A stretch of DNA of 64,000 bases from an uncultured Clostridium sp. (GCA_964426905.1 CAYRSG010000001.1:4786-68785); one strand, 5' to 3'. Numbered from the stretch's first letter, positions 21,101 to 29,824 are shown. Made by a program: numbers and translations. Notes: generated from the sequence alone by a model not told the origin.

Positions 21101-21151
21101 CATTGATAAAACAATGATAATGCTTAGTACTTTTGCGGGAATAAATTTCAT
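18146..21151 (-). CDS. Large secreted Cthe_2159-like (DUF4353) beta-helix carbohydrate-binding protein
   Basis: Signal peptide ending AQA, N-terminal modules, PT linker, then ITAAGEYTVEGTLADGQIIV, AIYSKNDLTIKGDGTL, repeated DGIxA/DDxVH rungs and GDGFDSNG; RBS AAGGAGG. Confidence 0.88.
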   Translation of the reverse strand: MKFIPAKVLSIIIVLSMMFSAAAQAAEFTSAISSLDIANDGSVTMIVNKSASESGKGIVAVYDVSGRLKSLVMSEETDGTGDKTLVFNDILKTDGDVLKAFFWKTENGVMTLEPLSAAYTPENQPTFEPAPENTPEATRQPDTTEQPSETDGFKATFVTDSHASITASDTQDFTDAYENVTEAYARDSSTGAIDTAGNGQVNFKIILEDGYEVDAVEVSPSSNYKNLKGPDDTEIENGYRITKMTGDVTVTVTTKEAAEPTPTPTTDPNATPTPGDGIIHLNGDSINADGVENVTVDGTTATITAAGEYTVEGTLADGQIIVNSAVKTDEIIINLDGVNVTSSTGNAFDGLKGKVFLVPTSNGSTFTSTSSGADTTAIYSKNDLTIKGDGTLNAVSEYGNGVRCKNDLEIGVCDLNVNAANNGIKGDESVKITKKNNSVTVVSGGDGIKSDAAPSLDETSGEYVTGGTVEINGGMINITTGSTADATTGEVTNGDGIQADTLLTITGGSITVDAQGEALKANASSVEYLEDETAAQTPAEGDGCIVISGGAINASAGEDGIKAVKNITISDSANITITKALEGMQVNEVIYDTDGTTAAYWVDGEIDIKGGTLNITCSEDGIQCGTGNVVITGGDITVNSQQDCIQGEYITNISGGAFDLTAYGGAPQTVSENNPEAAESCKGVKAGNLVYISGGTFDINTYDDAVHSNHTVRVTGGSITAATGDDGVHADSYLYISDNADINITKSYEGIEAAEIYISGGETRVVASDDGANAAGDKPSGSAYDLDNVSAMSVELFAGPGGNQGVPGGNQGGNTGPNWGGEDTSSYGYIEVSGGLLYIEAEGDGFDSNGSGLISGGAVLVNGPTSGGNGVFDIGDNSGDTLTITGGTVIGAGSSDMAVTPSSSTQYHVVTSSGFSGLSSQSAGKAFKLTNSSGNEIVTYVPSKSYSWVFISTPEMTSGSYTLNYGGSVTGGTFTGKGSYGIVTGGSYSGSSSCKLTASVM

Positions 21152-21187
21152 TATCCTTCCTCCTTGTTTTTTTCAAATATATATATT

Positions 21188-21218
21188 ATTCGTACCGTTA
21201 AATATTTTTTTCGGGGTA
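21188..21218 (-). promoter_or_regulatory. Sigma-I-type promoter of the large Cthe_2159-like gene
   Basis: Minus strand TACCCCGA-N16-TACGAAT; fits the sigma-I pattern of a C-tract -35 and CGAA -10. Confidence 0.8.
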
Positions 21219-21254
21219 GCTGCAAAAATCTCCGAAATTTCGGAGATTTTTAAA

Positions 21255-22979
21255 TTACGGCAATTCCGTGTTTTCACTATGTCCGCTAAATCCCTCGTTT
21301 GAGATGTGATTGCCGCCGTCGTTTTGCGGTTTCGGTTCAGATTGCCGCGGCTGTTCGCTTTGTGGGAAAGCGTCTCCGTTGTCTGCTTCACCCGAATGCC
21401 GCGCGTTGTTTTGCTGATTATCGCTATTTTGTATCGGCGCATCCGCCCATGGTTCCGGTTCGGCTTGCGGCGGCATATTGTTTTCCCGCTTCGGCTCACC
21501 CGACTGTGATTTATATGTATCATTATCTGATTGCGGAGGCTGACCGCTCTGCTCTACGACGGGTTCGAGTTTTGTTTCGGCGGGCGCCGCCGGATTATCC
21601 TGCGGTTTATCACTATCAGGCTCCGCGCCACTCGGTTCCTGTTCTTCCGGCGGCTGCTTCTCGGACGGCGCGGTCGCTTCAGGATTTTGATTGCCGGTTT
21701 GCGGCGGAATATCGTGAGTATCTTCACCGTCTTGATTTGGTATGCTGTCTTGCGGCTTTTGTTCGGTTGTCTGCCCGCCGTCTGTTGATGGTTTGTCATC
21801 TCCGCGCACAGGCTCGCTTAGCTCCGAAATTCCGTCCGGCAGGTTTCTGTCGCTTTGATACGGCGCGCTTTCCCGCGGCTTTTGCTCCGTTTGTATGGGT
21901 TCGGCGTCAACAGGCGGATTTTGTTGCGCGGGTTCGGATGTTTGCTGAGGTTTCCTTTGCAAAATGTTATCGTCCTGTGTTTTTTGTTCTTGCCTCATAG
22001 ACTGACTATTTACGGCGGCAATATTCCAAGACGGCTGTTCGCCAAGTTCAAACGGAATTTCCTGCGGACTGCCATCGCCTTGAACCGATATATTTTCAGG
22101 CGGTTCGTACTTATTCCGGGTACTCTGATTAACGGAAGATATATCATTCCCGCGTTTGATTTCACCGGCTGTAAATGTATTTTTGTTTATGATGTACGGC
22201 TGTTCATAATTTACGCTTTTATTTTCCCGATACGCGGGAGGTTCCGAAATGTTTTCGATTTTTCTCCCCTGCGGCTTCGGAGTTTGCGTAAGTATATCAT
22301 CCGCTTTTTTGTCGGATAAGTTACCGGTATCAAGCATAATATTCAGTATTTCTTTTACGGATTTATCGCTAAGCTTGACCGCGTTTGAGCGCATATCTCC
22401 GCCGTTTTTATCGGTGTATTCCTCAAGCGCCTTTGCCTTCGCTATTGACACTCCGATATTCTGAGCGGTCCGGAGCGCCTCCATATCCGCAGTCTCTTTT
22501 ATAATATTGATATTACTGTAATTTACGTTTTCAATACGCGGTTTTACTATTCCCGAAACCGCGGCTAAAATAACGCTGCGGTTATTGTCGTTTATATATC
22601 CGATTTCCTCCGAGATTTTAATAAGCGTTTCAACAGAGTCCTCCGCGCTTTTCCCTTTTATATTTGTTTTATTCAAAAGAACCCGGGCGTCGTCGTTTAA
22701 TGATTTAACGTCGATAACCCTGTTATAAATATTAACCGTCATCATAAGGCTTGGATTTATATCAACGCTGACGTATCCCGCCGGCATAAAGTATGAGCCT
22801 ATGCAGCCGGCGCATATAATAACAAGGCTTGCCGCCATAGCGCGCAAACGCCCTTTGTTTAAAGCAATATTTACTTTATCGCCGACAGAATAGTTTTTAT
22901 CTTTAATATTTACAAACCCGCCGCCCTTTGTTAAAAGCACGGCTCTTCCGTTTTGGATTTCCATTATAACGCCTCGCAC
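21255..22979 (-). CDS. rsgI: Anti-sigma-I factor RsgI with long disordered C-terminus
   Basis: RsgI_N (GVIMEI...AVLLTKGGGF...YSVGDKV), one TM helix, YVSVDINPS motif, then a Q/P/E/S-rich tail; GTG start 3 nt after the sigI stop. Confidence 0.88.
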   Translation of the reverse strand: MRGVIMEIQNGRAVLLTKGGGFVNIKDKNYSVGDKVNIALNKGRLRAMAASLVIICAGCIGSYFMPAGYVSVDINPSLMMTVNIYNRVIDVKSLNDDARVLLNKTNIKGKSAEDSVETLIKISEEIGYINDNNRSVILAAVSGIVKPRIENVNYSNINIIKETADMEALRTAQNIGVSIAKAKALEEYTDKNGGDMRSNAVKLSDKSVKEILNIMLDTGNLSDKKADDILTQTPKPQGRKIENISEPPAYRENKSVNYEQPYIINKNTFTAGEIKRGNDISSVNQSTRNKYEPPENISVQGDGSPQEIPFELGEQPSWNIAAVNSQSMRQEQKTQDDNILQRKPQQTSEPAQQNPPVDAEPIQTEQKPRESAPYQSDRNLPDGISELSEPVRGDDKPSTDGGQTTEQKPQDSIPNQDGEDTHDIPPQTGNQNPEATAPSEKQPPEEQEPSGAEPDSDKPQDNPAAPAETKLEPVVEQSGQPPQSDNDTYKSQSGEPKRENNMPPQAEPEPWADAPIQNSDNQQNNARHSGEADNGDAFPQSEQPRQSEPKPQNDGGNHISNEGFSGHSENTELP

Positions 22980-22982
22980 AGC

Positions 22983-23645
22983 TCACACCTCCCTTATGTC
23001 GAAATATGCGGATATTTCAGGATAATCACGCGTTAAGATAATCACCGCCGCTATTATGTATTTCCTATGCCTTTCAAGCGTCTTTCTGTTTAGAGGAACT
23101 CCTTCGGATACTTCTTTTAAAGGCAAAATATGTTTGCTGATTACTGTTTTAAAAAGTTTTTCGTCATTTATAATATAACGCAGCGCGTCAAAACACAGCC
23201 TTTTTGTTTTACGGCTTTTGGGCGAAACGTTTGCAAGCTCGAAAAAAGATATTCCAAATTCCGCGAGTTCGGCTGTAAGCGCCTCTATTTCCCACTTAAT
23301 ATCATGGTTATCGTTCGAGGGAATATCAAACGGCGCTCCGTTCTCGTTTTCAAGCTCGGAAAATGTCGCCGCCGTATTTCGGGAATTACGGCGAAGCTCA
23401 TCTACGAGACGATTGTGTATAACCATAGAGGCAAAGGATAGAAATTTACCCTTGCTTTGTTCATAGCTGTCAATCGCTTCGTTAAACGCTATCATCGCGG
23501 TCATAAATTCGTCGTCGCTGTCCGTAATAACGCGATTAAGCGTTTTACTCGCGGACGATAAGATGAAATTGCGGTATTCTCCGATAAGCTCATTTTTCAC
23601 TTTTTTGTCTTTTGCAGCGGCGGCCGCTCGTTTTTCTAAGTTCAT
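22983..23645 (-). CDS. sigI: RNA polymerase sigma-I factor
   Basis: DDEFMTAMIAFNEAIDSY, GKFLSFA, FGISFFELANVSPKSRKT and RKTLERHRKYIIA sigma-I motifs; adjacent to rsgI. Confidence 0.93.
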   Translation of the reverse strand: MNLEKRAAAAAKDKKVKNELIGEYRNFILSSASKTLNRVITDSDDEFMTAMIAFNEAIDSYEQSKGKFLSFASMVIHNRLVDELRRNSRNTAATFSELENENGAPFDIPSNDNHDIKWEIEALTAELAEFGISFFELANVSPKSRKTKRLCFDALRYIINDEKLFKTVISKHILPLKEVSEGVPLNRKTLERHRKYIIAAVIILTRDYPEISAYFDIREV

Positions 23646-23676
23646 ATTTTTCTCTCTGAACTATATACAATATATA

Positions 23677-23707
23677 ATTCGTATCGCATTATTTAAAAAT
23701 CGGGGTA
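23677..23707 (-). promoter_or_regulatory. Sigma-I-type autoregulatory promoter of sigI-rsgI
   Basis: Minus strand TACCCCGA-N16-TACGAAT, with the same boxes and spacing as 21188-21218. Confidence 0.8.
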
Positions 23708-23727
23708 CGTTTAAATTTAAGGACGTT

Positions 23728-23765
23728 AAAAAACAAGGCTGTTTAAAAATGACTTTTAAACAGCC
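23728..23765 (-). terminator. Terminator of the 555-aa surface protein gene
   Basis: GGCTGTTTAAAA-N5-TTTTAAACAGCC stem followed by TTGTTTTTT on the minus strand. Confidence 0.75.
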
Positions 23766-23771
23766 CCTCCG

Positions 23772-25439
23772 CTATTTTATATTTCTTCGTTTGTCGAACT
23801 TTCGTCTGTTTCTGTATTTTTCACGGTTTTCGTATTTTCTGTGCTGTTCTGTCCTTCTGTGGTTTTTGGCTTTGTAGCTTTTATCCGTTTTCTTCTCTTT
23901 TTTGCCGGTAAAGACGTTTACAATATTGTCTACAGCGTTTTCTATTGATTTCGGAAGAAGCCCTTTTCCGCGCAGATACCAAATCGCAAATACGCCGGCA
24001 ATCGCAATGAGCGCTATTATTCCGACAACAACCGCGGCAGCCGAGCCGTTAGACGTTTCTTTCTTTTCGTTCGCGCCGTTCAAAGGCTGCTGCGAGGGTT
24101 CGGAAGACGGCATCGGACCCGGCATTTCAACGGGTCCTACAAGCGCCGGACGCTTTGTCGCTTTCGGAGTTTCTTCGGGCTTTGAAGAGGCGGACGGAGC
24201 TCCCGACGAATAAGGCGCGGTCGTTCTCGCCGGTCTCAAAGTATTTGAAGGCTTTGCAGTCGCTTTTGACGCGTTTGACGAAGAAGGCTTTGCAGTCGCT
24301 TTTGACGCGCTTGATGAAGAAGGCTTTGCAGTCGCTTTTGTCGCGCTTGACGAAGAAGTCTTCGCAGTCGCCGACGGACGAGCCGTCGCGCTTGACGAAC
24401 CGCTTCCGGAAGACGGCGAGCTTTCCGAAGGCTCCGCTGTTGCGGTAGATGGCGCCTCAAGCTCTACGTAATCATTTATTTTAAAATTAAAAATCGTCGA
24501 CTTATCCTGCATATATCTCAGATGGCTTGTCAACGCGCATAACGCAAACGAGGTCGCTTCACCGTCCGAATCGTTCAAATCTGACGAAAAGCCTCCGTCC
24601 TTTTCCTGATACATCATCAATCCGTCAAGAGCGGTTCCCTTTTTCGCCTTGAAACGATAATCATCGTCAGCGTCAATACCCATAGCGTCAAGCGCGATAA
24701 TCGTCATTGCCGTCGATTCCAAATCCCCCCAGTCTCCGTCGCGCGACTGCTCATCCGACAAATAGTTTATCGCGCTGTCGACAGCGCTGCGCGGACTGAG
24801 ATCGAAAGTCCATCCTGTCTGATTCTGCGTTATTGTATACGCACCGCTCGTTTCGTAATAAGGCGCGAGCGCCGCGACCGCCGCCGCCGTTTCGGAAACG
24901 CTTCCGTCAAAACTTCCGTCGGTGTTCTGATGCGAAAGCAGACCCGCTATTATTTGATTTCTGTTTTTGAGCGCCCAGTCGGGAGTTTCATAACCTTTTG
25001 AATCAAGAGCGATTAGAGCCCATGAATATCCGTCGGCGCCCTCCTTGTCGAGGGGAGCCGCGGCGTCTCTGTAATATGTGCTTTCGGCGATAAGATCTCT
25101 ACCGCCTATATTACCCGGATCGCCGTTTGAAGCAATTGCGGCAAGTACCGTTCTCTGCATATCGGAGGCGTTATGCTCCGCTCCGTAACCGGCGGCGATA
25201 CCGTCGAGTCCCGCTAAATAAGAAGCGTAGTCGTAATCCATACCCAGTCTTCTGAGCGCTATAATATATAAATTAGAATTATTTGTTCCTATTCCGTAAA
25301 ACGGGCTGTCATTATCTTCCTTCCAATCTATAGCATTTTCAGCGGCGTCTTTTAAGTCGTTTTGATTATATTCCGCTTTTACACATAATACCGGCGTCAT
25401 CGCTGCCGCGCATAATACCGCTATGATTTTTTTCTTCAT
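23772..25439 (-). CDS. Membrane-anchored surface protein with prenyltransferase/squalene-oxidase-repeat (alpha/alpha barrel) domain
   Basis: Signal peptide; QW-like repeats (HQNTDGSF, EQSRDGDW, YQEKDGGF); S/T/A/K/P linker; C-terminal TM helix and basic tail. Confidence 0.75.
   Translation of the reverse strand: MKKKIIAVLCAAAMTPVLCVKAEYNQNDLKDAAENAIDWKEDNDSPFYGIGTNNSNLYIIALRRLGMDYDYASYLAGLDGIAAGYGAEHNASDMQRTVLAAIASNGDPGNIGGRDLIAESTYYRDAAAPLDKEGADGYSWALIALDSKGYETPDWALKNRNQIIAGLLSHQNTDGSFDGSVSETAAAVAALAPYYETSGAYTITQNQTGWTFDLSPRSAVDSAINYLSDEQSRDGDWGDLESTAMTIIALDAMGIDADDDYRFKAKKGTALDGLMMYQEKDGGFSSDLNDSDGEATSFALCALTSHLRYMQDKSTIFNFKINDYVELEAPSTATAEPSESSPSSGSGSSSATARPSATAKTSSSSATKATAKPSSSSASKATAKPSSSNASKATAKPSNTLRPARTTAPYSSGAPSASSKPEETPKATKRPALVGPVEMPGPMPSSEPSQQPLNGANEKKETSNGSAAAVVVGIIALIAIAGVFAIWYLRGKGLLPKSIENAVDNIVNVFTGKKEKKTDKSYKAKNHRRTEQHRKYENREKYRNRRKFDKRRNIK
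24247..24370 (-). repeat. 36-bp coding tandem repeat, 3 copies plus a partial
   Basis: Unit GAAGGCTTTGCAGTCGCTTTTGACGCGyTTGAyGAA on the plus strand, encoding SSSSASKATAKP-like units. Confidence 0.88.
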
Positions 25440-25747
25440 AATTAAAATCCCTTCTGACTTTAAATACTTTATATCAATTTATAATTATAACATACATTAT
25501 GCATATATTTCAACCGTCATTAGCAACAAAATTTAAAAACAAACAAAAAAATACGTTTCGTGTCTTTGCCTCCCCTATCGAATTGCGAGGCGGGATTTTA
25601 TAGCTTTCAGCGGCTGAAAACGGCGGATATATTTCAACTCGATTATCCTTGACGCAGTAAGACGGAAAAAGCGCAGCCTTGTTAACGGTTGTGATTTTTC
25701 ACATATTATATATATAACCGTCTTTTTTAATTCGCCTGCGTATACCT

Positions 25748-26308
25748 CTACATCTCATATCCAAGCTCAAACGCTTTTAAATTTACGTCAAGCAGCTTAG
25801 CCGGAACAGTTTCCTTAATTACGTCGATCCAAACCTGTTTATCCGCGTCCGTGCTTTTCGCCAGAAGACCTATTAAAACGACGTTTACAGCCTTTATATT
25901 TCCCGCGCTTTCAGCGAGTGAAAGCGCGTCAACCGCCTGTAAATTTACTTTTTGGGAAAGCTTTTCCTCTATATTTTCAGGATATTTCACCGCGCCGGTA
26001 ATCACCGGCATAGGATTCATTTTCTGTGTATTGACAATTATCCTGCCGCCTTTTTTCAGATACGGAAGCGCACGCATCGCCTCAAGCATCTCAAATGCGA
26101 GAATCAAATCCGCCTCGCCCCTGTCTATAATCGGAGAGTAAACCTTATCGCCGTACTTTACGTATGTAATAACGCTTCCGCCGCGCTGACTCATGCCGTG
26201 AACCTCGCTTACCTTAACGTCATAGCCTTCCTTGATGGCGGTTTTTCCAAGAATACGGCTCGCTAAAAGCGTACCCTGACCGCCGACGCCTACTATCATT
26301 ATATTCAT
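25748..26308 (-). CDS. iorB: Indolepyruvate ferredoxin oxidoreductase beta subunit
   Basis: GVGGQGTLLAS and SEVHGMSQRGGSV motifs; follows iorA. Confidence 0.95.
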   Translation of the reverse strand: MNIMIVGVGGQGTLLASRILGKTAIKEGYDVKVSEVHGMSQRGGSVITYVKYGDKVYSPIIDRGEADLILAFEMLEAMRALPYLKKGGRIIVNTQKMNPMPVITGAVKYPENIEEKLSQKVNLQAVDALSLAESAGNIKAVNVVLIGLLAKSTDADKQVWIDVIKETVPAKLLDVNLKAFELGYEM

Positions 26309-26325
26309 ATCTAAAATTCTTCCTT

Positions 26326-28065
26326 TCAGTTCATATCTATCGCGCCGAACGGACAGACATTAACGCAAAGTCCGCAGCCGTTGCACTGAGTCGCGTCAAT
26401 TTTAACCGCATCGCCGTCCGACGAAATCGCGGGACATCCAAGCTTCATGCACATCTTACATTTTCTGCATTTGTCGATAACAGCGCAGTGTCCCGTATAC
26501 TTTTTACGCATATTCGGAAGCAGCGCGCACGGTCTCTGCGCTATAATCACCGAAACGTCTTCCCTTGCCGTTTCTTCCTTTACCGCATTTTCAAAATTCT
26601 TCACATCAAACGGGTCGGCGACTACAACATGCTCGATTCCGATTGACTCGCACAGAGTAATAAGATTTACCTGTTTTGTGGGTTCTTTTCTGATTGTATA
26701 GCCTGTTGTCGGATTATCCTGATGTCCCGTCATGCCCGTTATGGAATTGTCAAGAATCAACACCGTATTTATACCCTTATTATAAACCATATTTATAAGT
26801 CCGGTAATTCCCGAATGAATAAACGTTGAGTCGCCGATTACGGAAACCGTCTTTTTGGCAAAGCCGTTTCCTCTCGCCTTTGCCATGCCGTGCGCCTCGC
26901 CGATTGCCGCGCCCATGCAAAGGTTCGTGTCCATCGCGGACAGCGGCGCGTTCGCTCCGAGAGTGTAACAGCCTATATCTCCGGTCACGTTCAGTCCGAG
27001 CTTTTTCAGCACGTAAAACGTTCCTCTGTGCGGACATCCGGCGCACATTACCGGCGGTCTAACAGGCGCCGTTTCGTCAATCGTATCAAACTCCGGAGGG
27101 TCAATTCCCAAAATCTGCTTTTTTATCATTGACGGCGTGTACTCGCCCAAAAGCGTAAACACATCCTTACCGATAACGTCGACGCCGATTTTTTTGCAGT
27201 GATTTTCTATAAACGGGTCAAGCTCCTCTATTATGTACACTTTGGAACACTTTTTTGCAAAGTCCTTAATTTTCTTTTCCGGCAGCGGATAAATCATACC
27301 GAGCTTGAGATAATTAACGCTTGAGCCGAGAGCCTCCTTGGCGTACATATAAGCTATACCCGCGGTAATTACTCCTATATCGGCTCCGTTATCCTCAACC
27401 GTATTAAGCTCCGTTGTCTCCGCGAAAGCCGTTAGGGCGCGCATACGCTCCTCAACTATAACATGACGCTTTATCGCGTTAGCGGGAGTCATTACGTTTT
27501 TTTCGGGATTTTTAACATAATCCTTCAACTCGTAATCAATTCTTTCCCGTTCCTCGACAAGGCTCTGCGAATGAGAAACTCTCGTCGTAAGACGCAGGAA
27601 CGCGGGCGTATCATATTTTTCGGACAATTCATAAGCCGTTTTCGTAAAATCACGGCACTCCGCGCTGTCCGACGGTTCAAGCATCAGTATCTTCGCCGCT
27701 TGGGCATAGTGGCGGGAATCCTGCTCGTTCTGCGACGAATGCATTCCGGGGTCGTCGGCTACGCAGTAAACCAGTCCGCCGTTTACGCCTCTGTAGCTTG
27801 ATGTAAACACCGGATCCGCCATTACGTTCAGTCCGACATGTTTCATGCATGACATAGCTCGCGCGCCGCCTGTCGCCGCTCCGACTGCAACCTCGGCGGC
27901 AACCTTTTCATTGGGCGCCCATTCTACATATATATCGTCGTATTTTACAATATTTTCGGTTATCTCGGTACTCGGAGTGCCGGGATATGAGGAAACCACG
28001 CTTACGCCGGCTTCATACGCGCCGCGCGCTACAGCTTCGTTTCCAAGCATAAGTTTTTTCATCAT
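26326..28065 (-). CDS. iorA: Indolepyruvate ferredoxin oxidoreductase alpha subunit
   Basis: LGNEAVARG, YPGTPSTE, MKHVGLNV, SSQNEQD, RPPVMCAGCPH, TPP-binding GDSTFIHSG and C-terminal 2x[4Fe-4S]. Confidence 0.96.
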   Translation of the reverse strand: MMKKLMLGNEAVARGAYEAGVSVVSSYPGTPSTEITENIVKYDDIYVEWAPNEKVAAEVAVGAATGGARAMSCMKHVGLNVMADPVFTSSYRGVNGGLVYCVADDPGMHSSQNEQDSRHYAQAAKILMLEPSDSAECRDFTKTAYELSEKYDTPAFLRLTTRVSHSQSLVEERERIDYELKDYVKNPEKNVMTPANAIKRHVIVEERMRALTAFAETTELNTVEDNGADIGVITAGIAYMYAKEALGSSVNYLKLGMIYPLPEKKIKDFAKKCSKVYIIEELDPFIENHCKKIGVDVIGKDVFTLLGEYTPSMIKKQILGIDPPEFDTIDETAPVRPPVMCAGCPHRGTFYVLKKLGLNVTGDIGCYTLGANAPLSAMDTNLCMGAAIGEAHGMAKARGNGFAKKTVSVIGDSTFIHSGITGLINMVYNKGINTVLILDNSITGMTGHQDNPTTGYTIRKEPTKQVNLITLCESIGIEHVVVADPFDVKNFENAVKEETAREDVSVIIAQRPCALLPNMRKKYTGHCAVIDKCRKCKMCMKLGCPAISSDGDAVKIDATQCNGCGLCVNVCPFGAIDMN

Positions 28066-28176
28066 GTATTACTCCCTTGTTATTATCATTGCATAGTAAT
28101 TGTACCAAAAATTCGCCGTAAGGTCAATACTTGAAAAATTTATTCCCGACGCAAATCGGTAATATCCTTACCGGCG

Positions 28177-29274
28177 TCACACAAATTCACATAAAACGGA
28201 ATTTGAAATATCTATACCTCTGCGAGTCAGACTGTAGCAATCCCCGTCAAAATTCATCAATCCGAGTTCCGTAAATCTACGCAATTTTTCTCCGAACATA
28301 TCGTTTATGCTTTCTCCGAAGCGTTTTTTAAATTCAACGGAGCTTATTCCCCTCGTCATGCGAAGTCCGGTTATCATGAACTCCGAAATTTTGTCCATGC
28401 GCGTGAGTAAAACTGTTTTCCGCGGCGCGCCTTTTATATACTCCTCCAAATCCGAAACATTATAAAAACGCCTGCCGCCGATGTACGAGTGTGCGGCAGC
28501 GCCCAGTCCGATATATTCCTCGCCTGTCCAGTATTTTATATTGTGGCGGCATTCACAGCCGTTTTTCGCAAAATTCGATATTTCATACTGTAAAAAGCCG
28601 TTTTCCCTAAGAAAATCCACTGTGTAAGCGTACATTTCCCTATCCAAATCGTCGTCAGGCAGGATAAGCTCTCCCCGCGAATACTCCTTCTCAAGAGCTG
28701 TTCCGTCCTCTATTATAAGGCTGTACGCCGATATATGAGATACGGGAAGCGATACGGCTGTTTTAAGAGAATTTTTCAACGATTCCATAGTCTGATACGG
28801 CAGAGCCGTCATAAGGTCTATATTAATATTTGAAAATCCCTCTTTTTTAAGACGCAGAATCGTATTATACGCCGTTGCCGCGTTATGAATCCTTCCTATT
28901 CCCCCGAGCTCGGCGTCATTAAAAGACTGTACTCCAACGCTTATCCTGTTTATTCCGCCTTCAAGCATCGCCGTCGTTTTACCGCCGTCAAGCGTACCGG
29001 GATTTGCCTCTATTGTGAACTCGCATCCGTCAATTATATCGAACGTATCATGACATATCTTTGTTACGGCTCTGATTTGCTCCGGTGTAAGAGCCGACGG
29101 CGTGCCGCCGCCTATAAATATTGTATCGGTCTTTTCCCCCATATATCCGCGCGCTTCCCCTGCGAGCGCCTCAATATAGGCGTCTGTCATATCCTCCCGT
29201 CCCGAATATGATACAAAATCGCAGTATTTGCACTTTTTGCGGCAAAACGGTATGTGAATATATATTCCCTTCAT
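28177..29274 (-). CDS. hemW: Radical SAM heme chaperone HemW (HemN-like)
   Basis: YIHIPFCxxxCxYCDF, GGGTPS, YEISNFA and HNIKYW. Start moved from 29289 to MKGIY (29274), since GGAGG lies just upstream of it. Confidence 0.9.
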   Translation of the reverse strand: MKGIYIHIPFCRKKCKYCDFVSYSGREDMTDAYIEALAGEARGYMGEKTDTIFIGGGTPSALTPEQIRAVTKICHDTFDIIDGCEFTIEANPGTLDGGKTTAMLEGGINRISVGVQSFNDAELGGIGRIHNAATAYNTILRLKKEGFSNINIDLMTALPYQTMESLKNSLKTAVSLPVSHISAYSLIIEDGTALEKEYSRGELILPDDDLDREMYAYTVDFLRENGFLQYEISNFAKNGCECRHNIKYWTGEEYIGLGAAAHSYIGGRRFYNVSDLEEYIKGAPRKTVLLTRMDKISEFMITGLRMTRGISSVEFKKRFGESINDMFGEKLRRFTELGLMNFDGDCYSLTRRGIDISNSVLCEFV

Positions 29275-29324
29275 TAAAAATTCCTCCATAGGCTGTATGA
29301 TAAATGCATTTAACGGCGTATATC

Positions 29325-29351
29325 AAAAAAGGGACTCGCAAGGTCCCTTTT
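29325..29351 (-). terminator. Terminator of the efp operon
   Basis: AAAAAAGGGAC-tcgcaag-GTCCCTTTT. Confidence 0.75.
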
Positions 29352-29359
29352 AATAATCA

Positions 29360-29809
29360 TTATTCATGATTGTGTCCGCAGTCTTCATCGTCGCAGTCGC
29401 ATTCAAACTCAAGCTCGATTTCCTCATGGCAATTCGGACATACGATAGCGTTATCGTCGTCTATCATATCAAAATCAATCATTACGTCCTCGCCGCAGTT
29501 CGGACACTGGATTTCAAAATAATCGTCGCCGCCCTCGTAATCATCGTCGTAATCGCCGAGAAAATCGTCCCTGTCGTCCTCGTCGTCGCCGTATAAATCT
29601 TCGGCGATATCAAATACGCAATCGTCGAGCTCGCCGGTTACATCCTCCAATTCATCGACTCTGTCCGTGAGTTCTTCAATCTTTTCCGCCATTTCTGCCA
29701 TAACAGAGAGCATTTTAGTTATAAGCTTTCCCTCGTCGCTTTTCGGACTGATATCAAGTCCTTCTGCATAGCCCTTGAGATATGATACTTTCTTTATTAA
29801 ATCTTCCAT
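29360..29809 (-). CDS. CD1247-like acidic protein with C-terminal zinc ribbon
   Basis: KVSYLKGYAEGL N-terminus, Asp/Glu tract, two CPNC motifs; typical clostridial neighbour of efp. Confidence 0.8.
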   Translation of the reverse strand: MEDLIKKVSYLKGYAEGLDISPKSDEGKLITKMLSVMAEMAEKIEELTDRVDELEDVTGELDDCVFDIAEDLYGDDEDDRDDFLGDYDDDYEGGDDYFEIQCPNCGEDVMIDFDMIDDDNAIVCPNCHEEIELEFECDCDDEDCGHNHE

Positions 29810-29824
29810 TATATTACCTCTCTA

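Noticed and set aside
8579-24370. 36-bp and 51-bp repeats as a possible CRISPR array
   Set aside because: Head-to-tail, in-frame coding repeats without unique spacers; no cas genes.
25440-25747. Cobalamin or c-di-GMP riboswitch before the prenyltransferase-like gene
   Set aside because: No B12-box or GEMM core found; only a sigma-A-like promoter and a duplicated GTTGAAATATAT 12-mer of unclear meaning.
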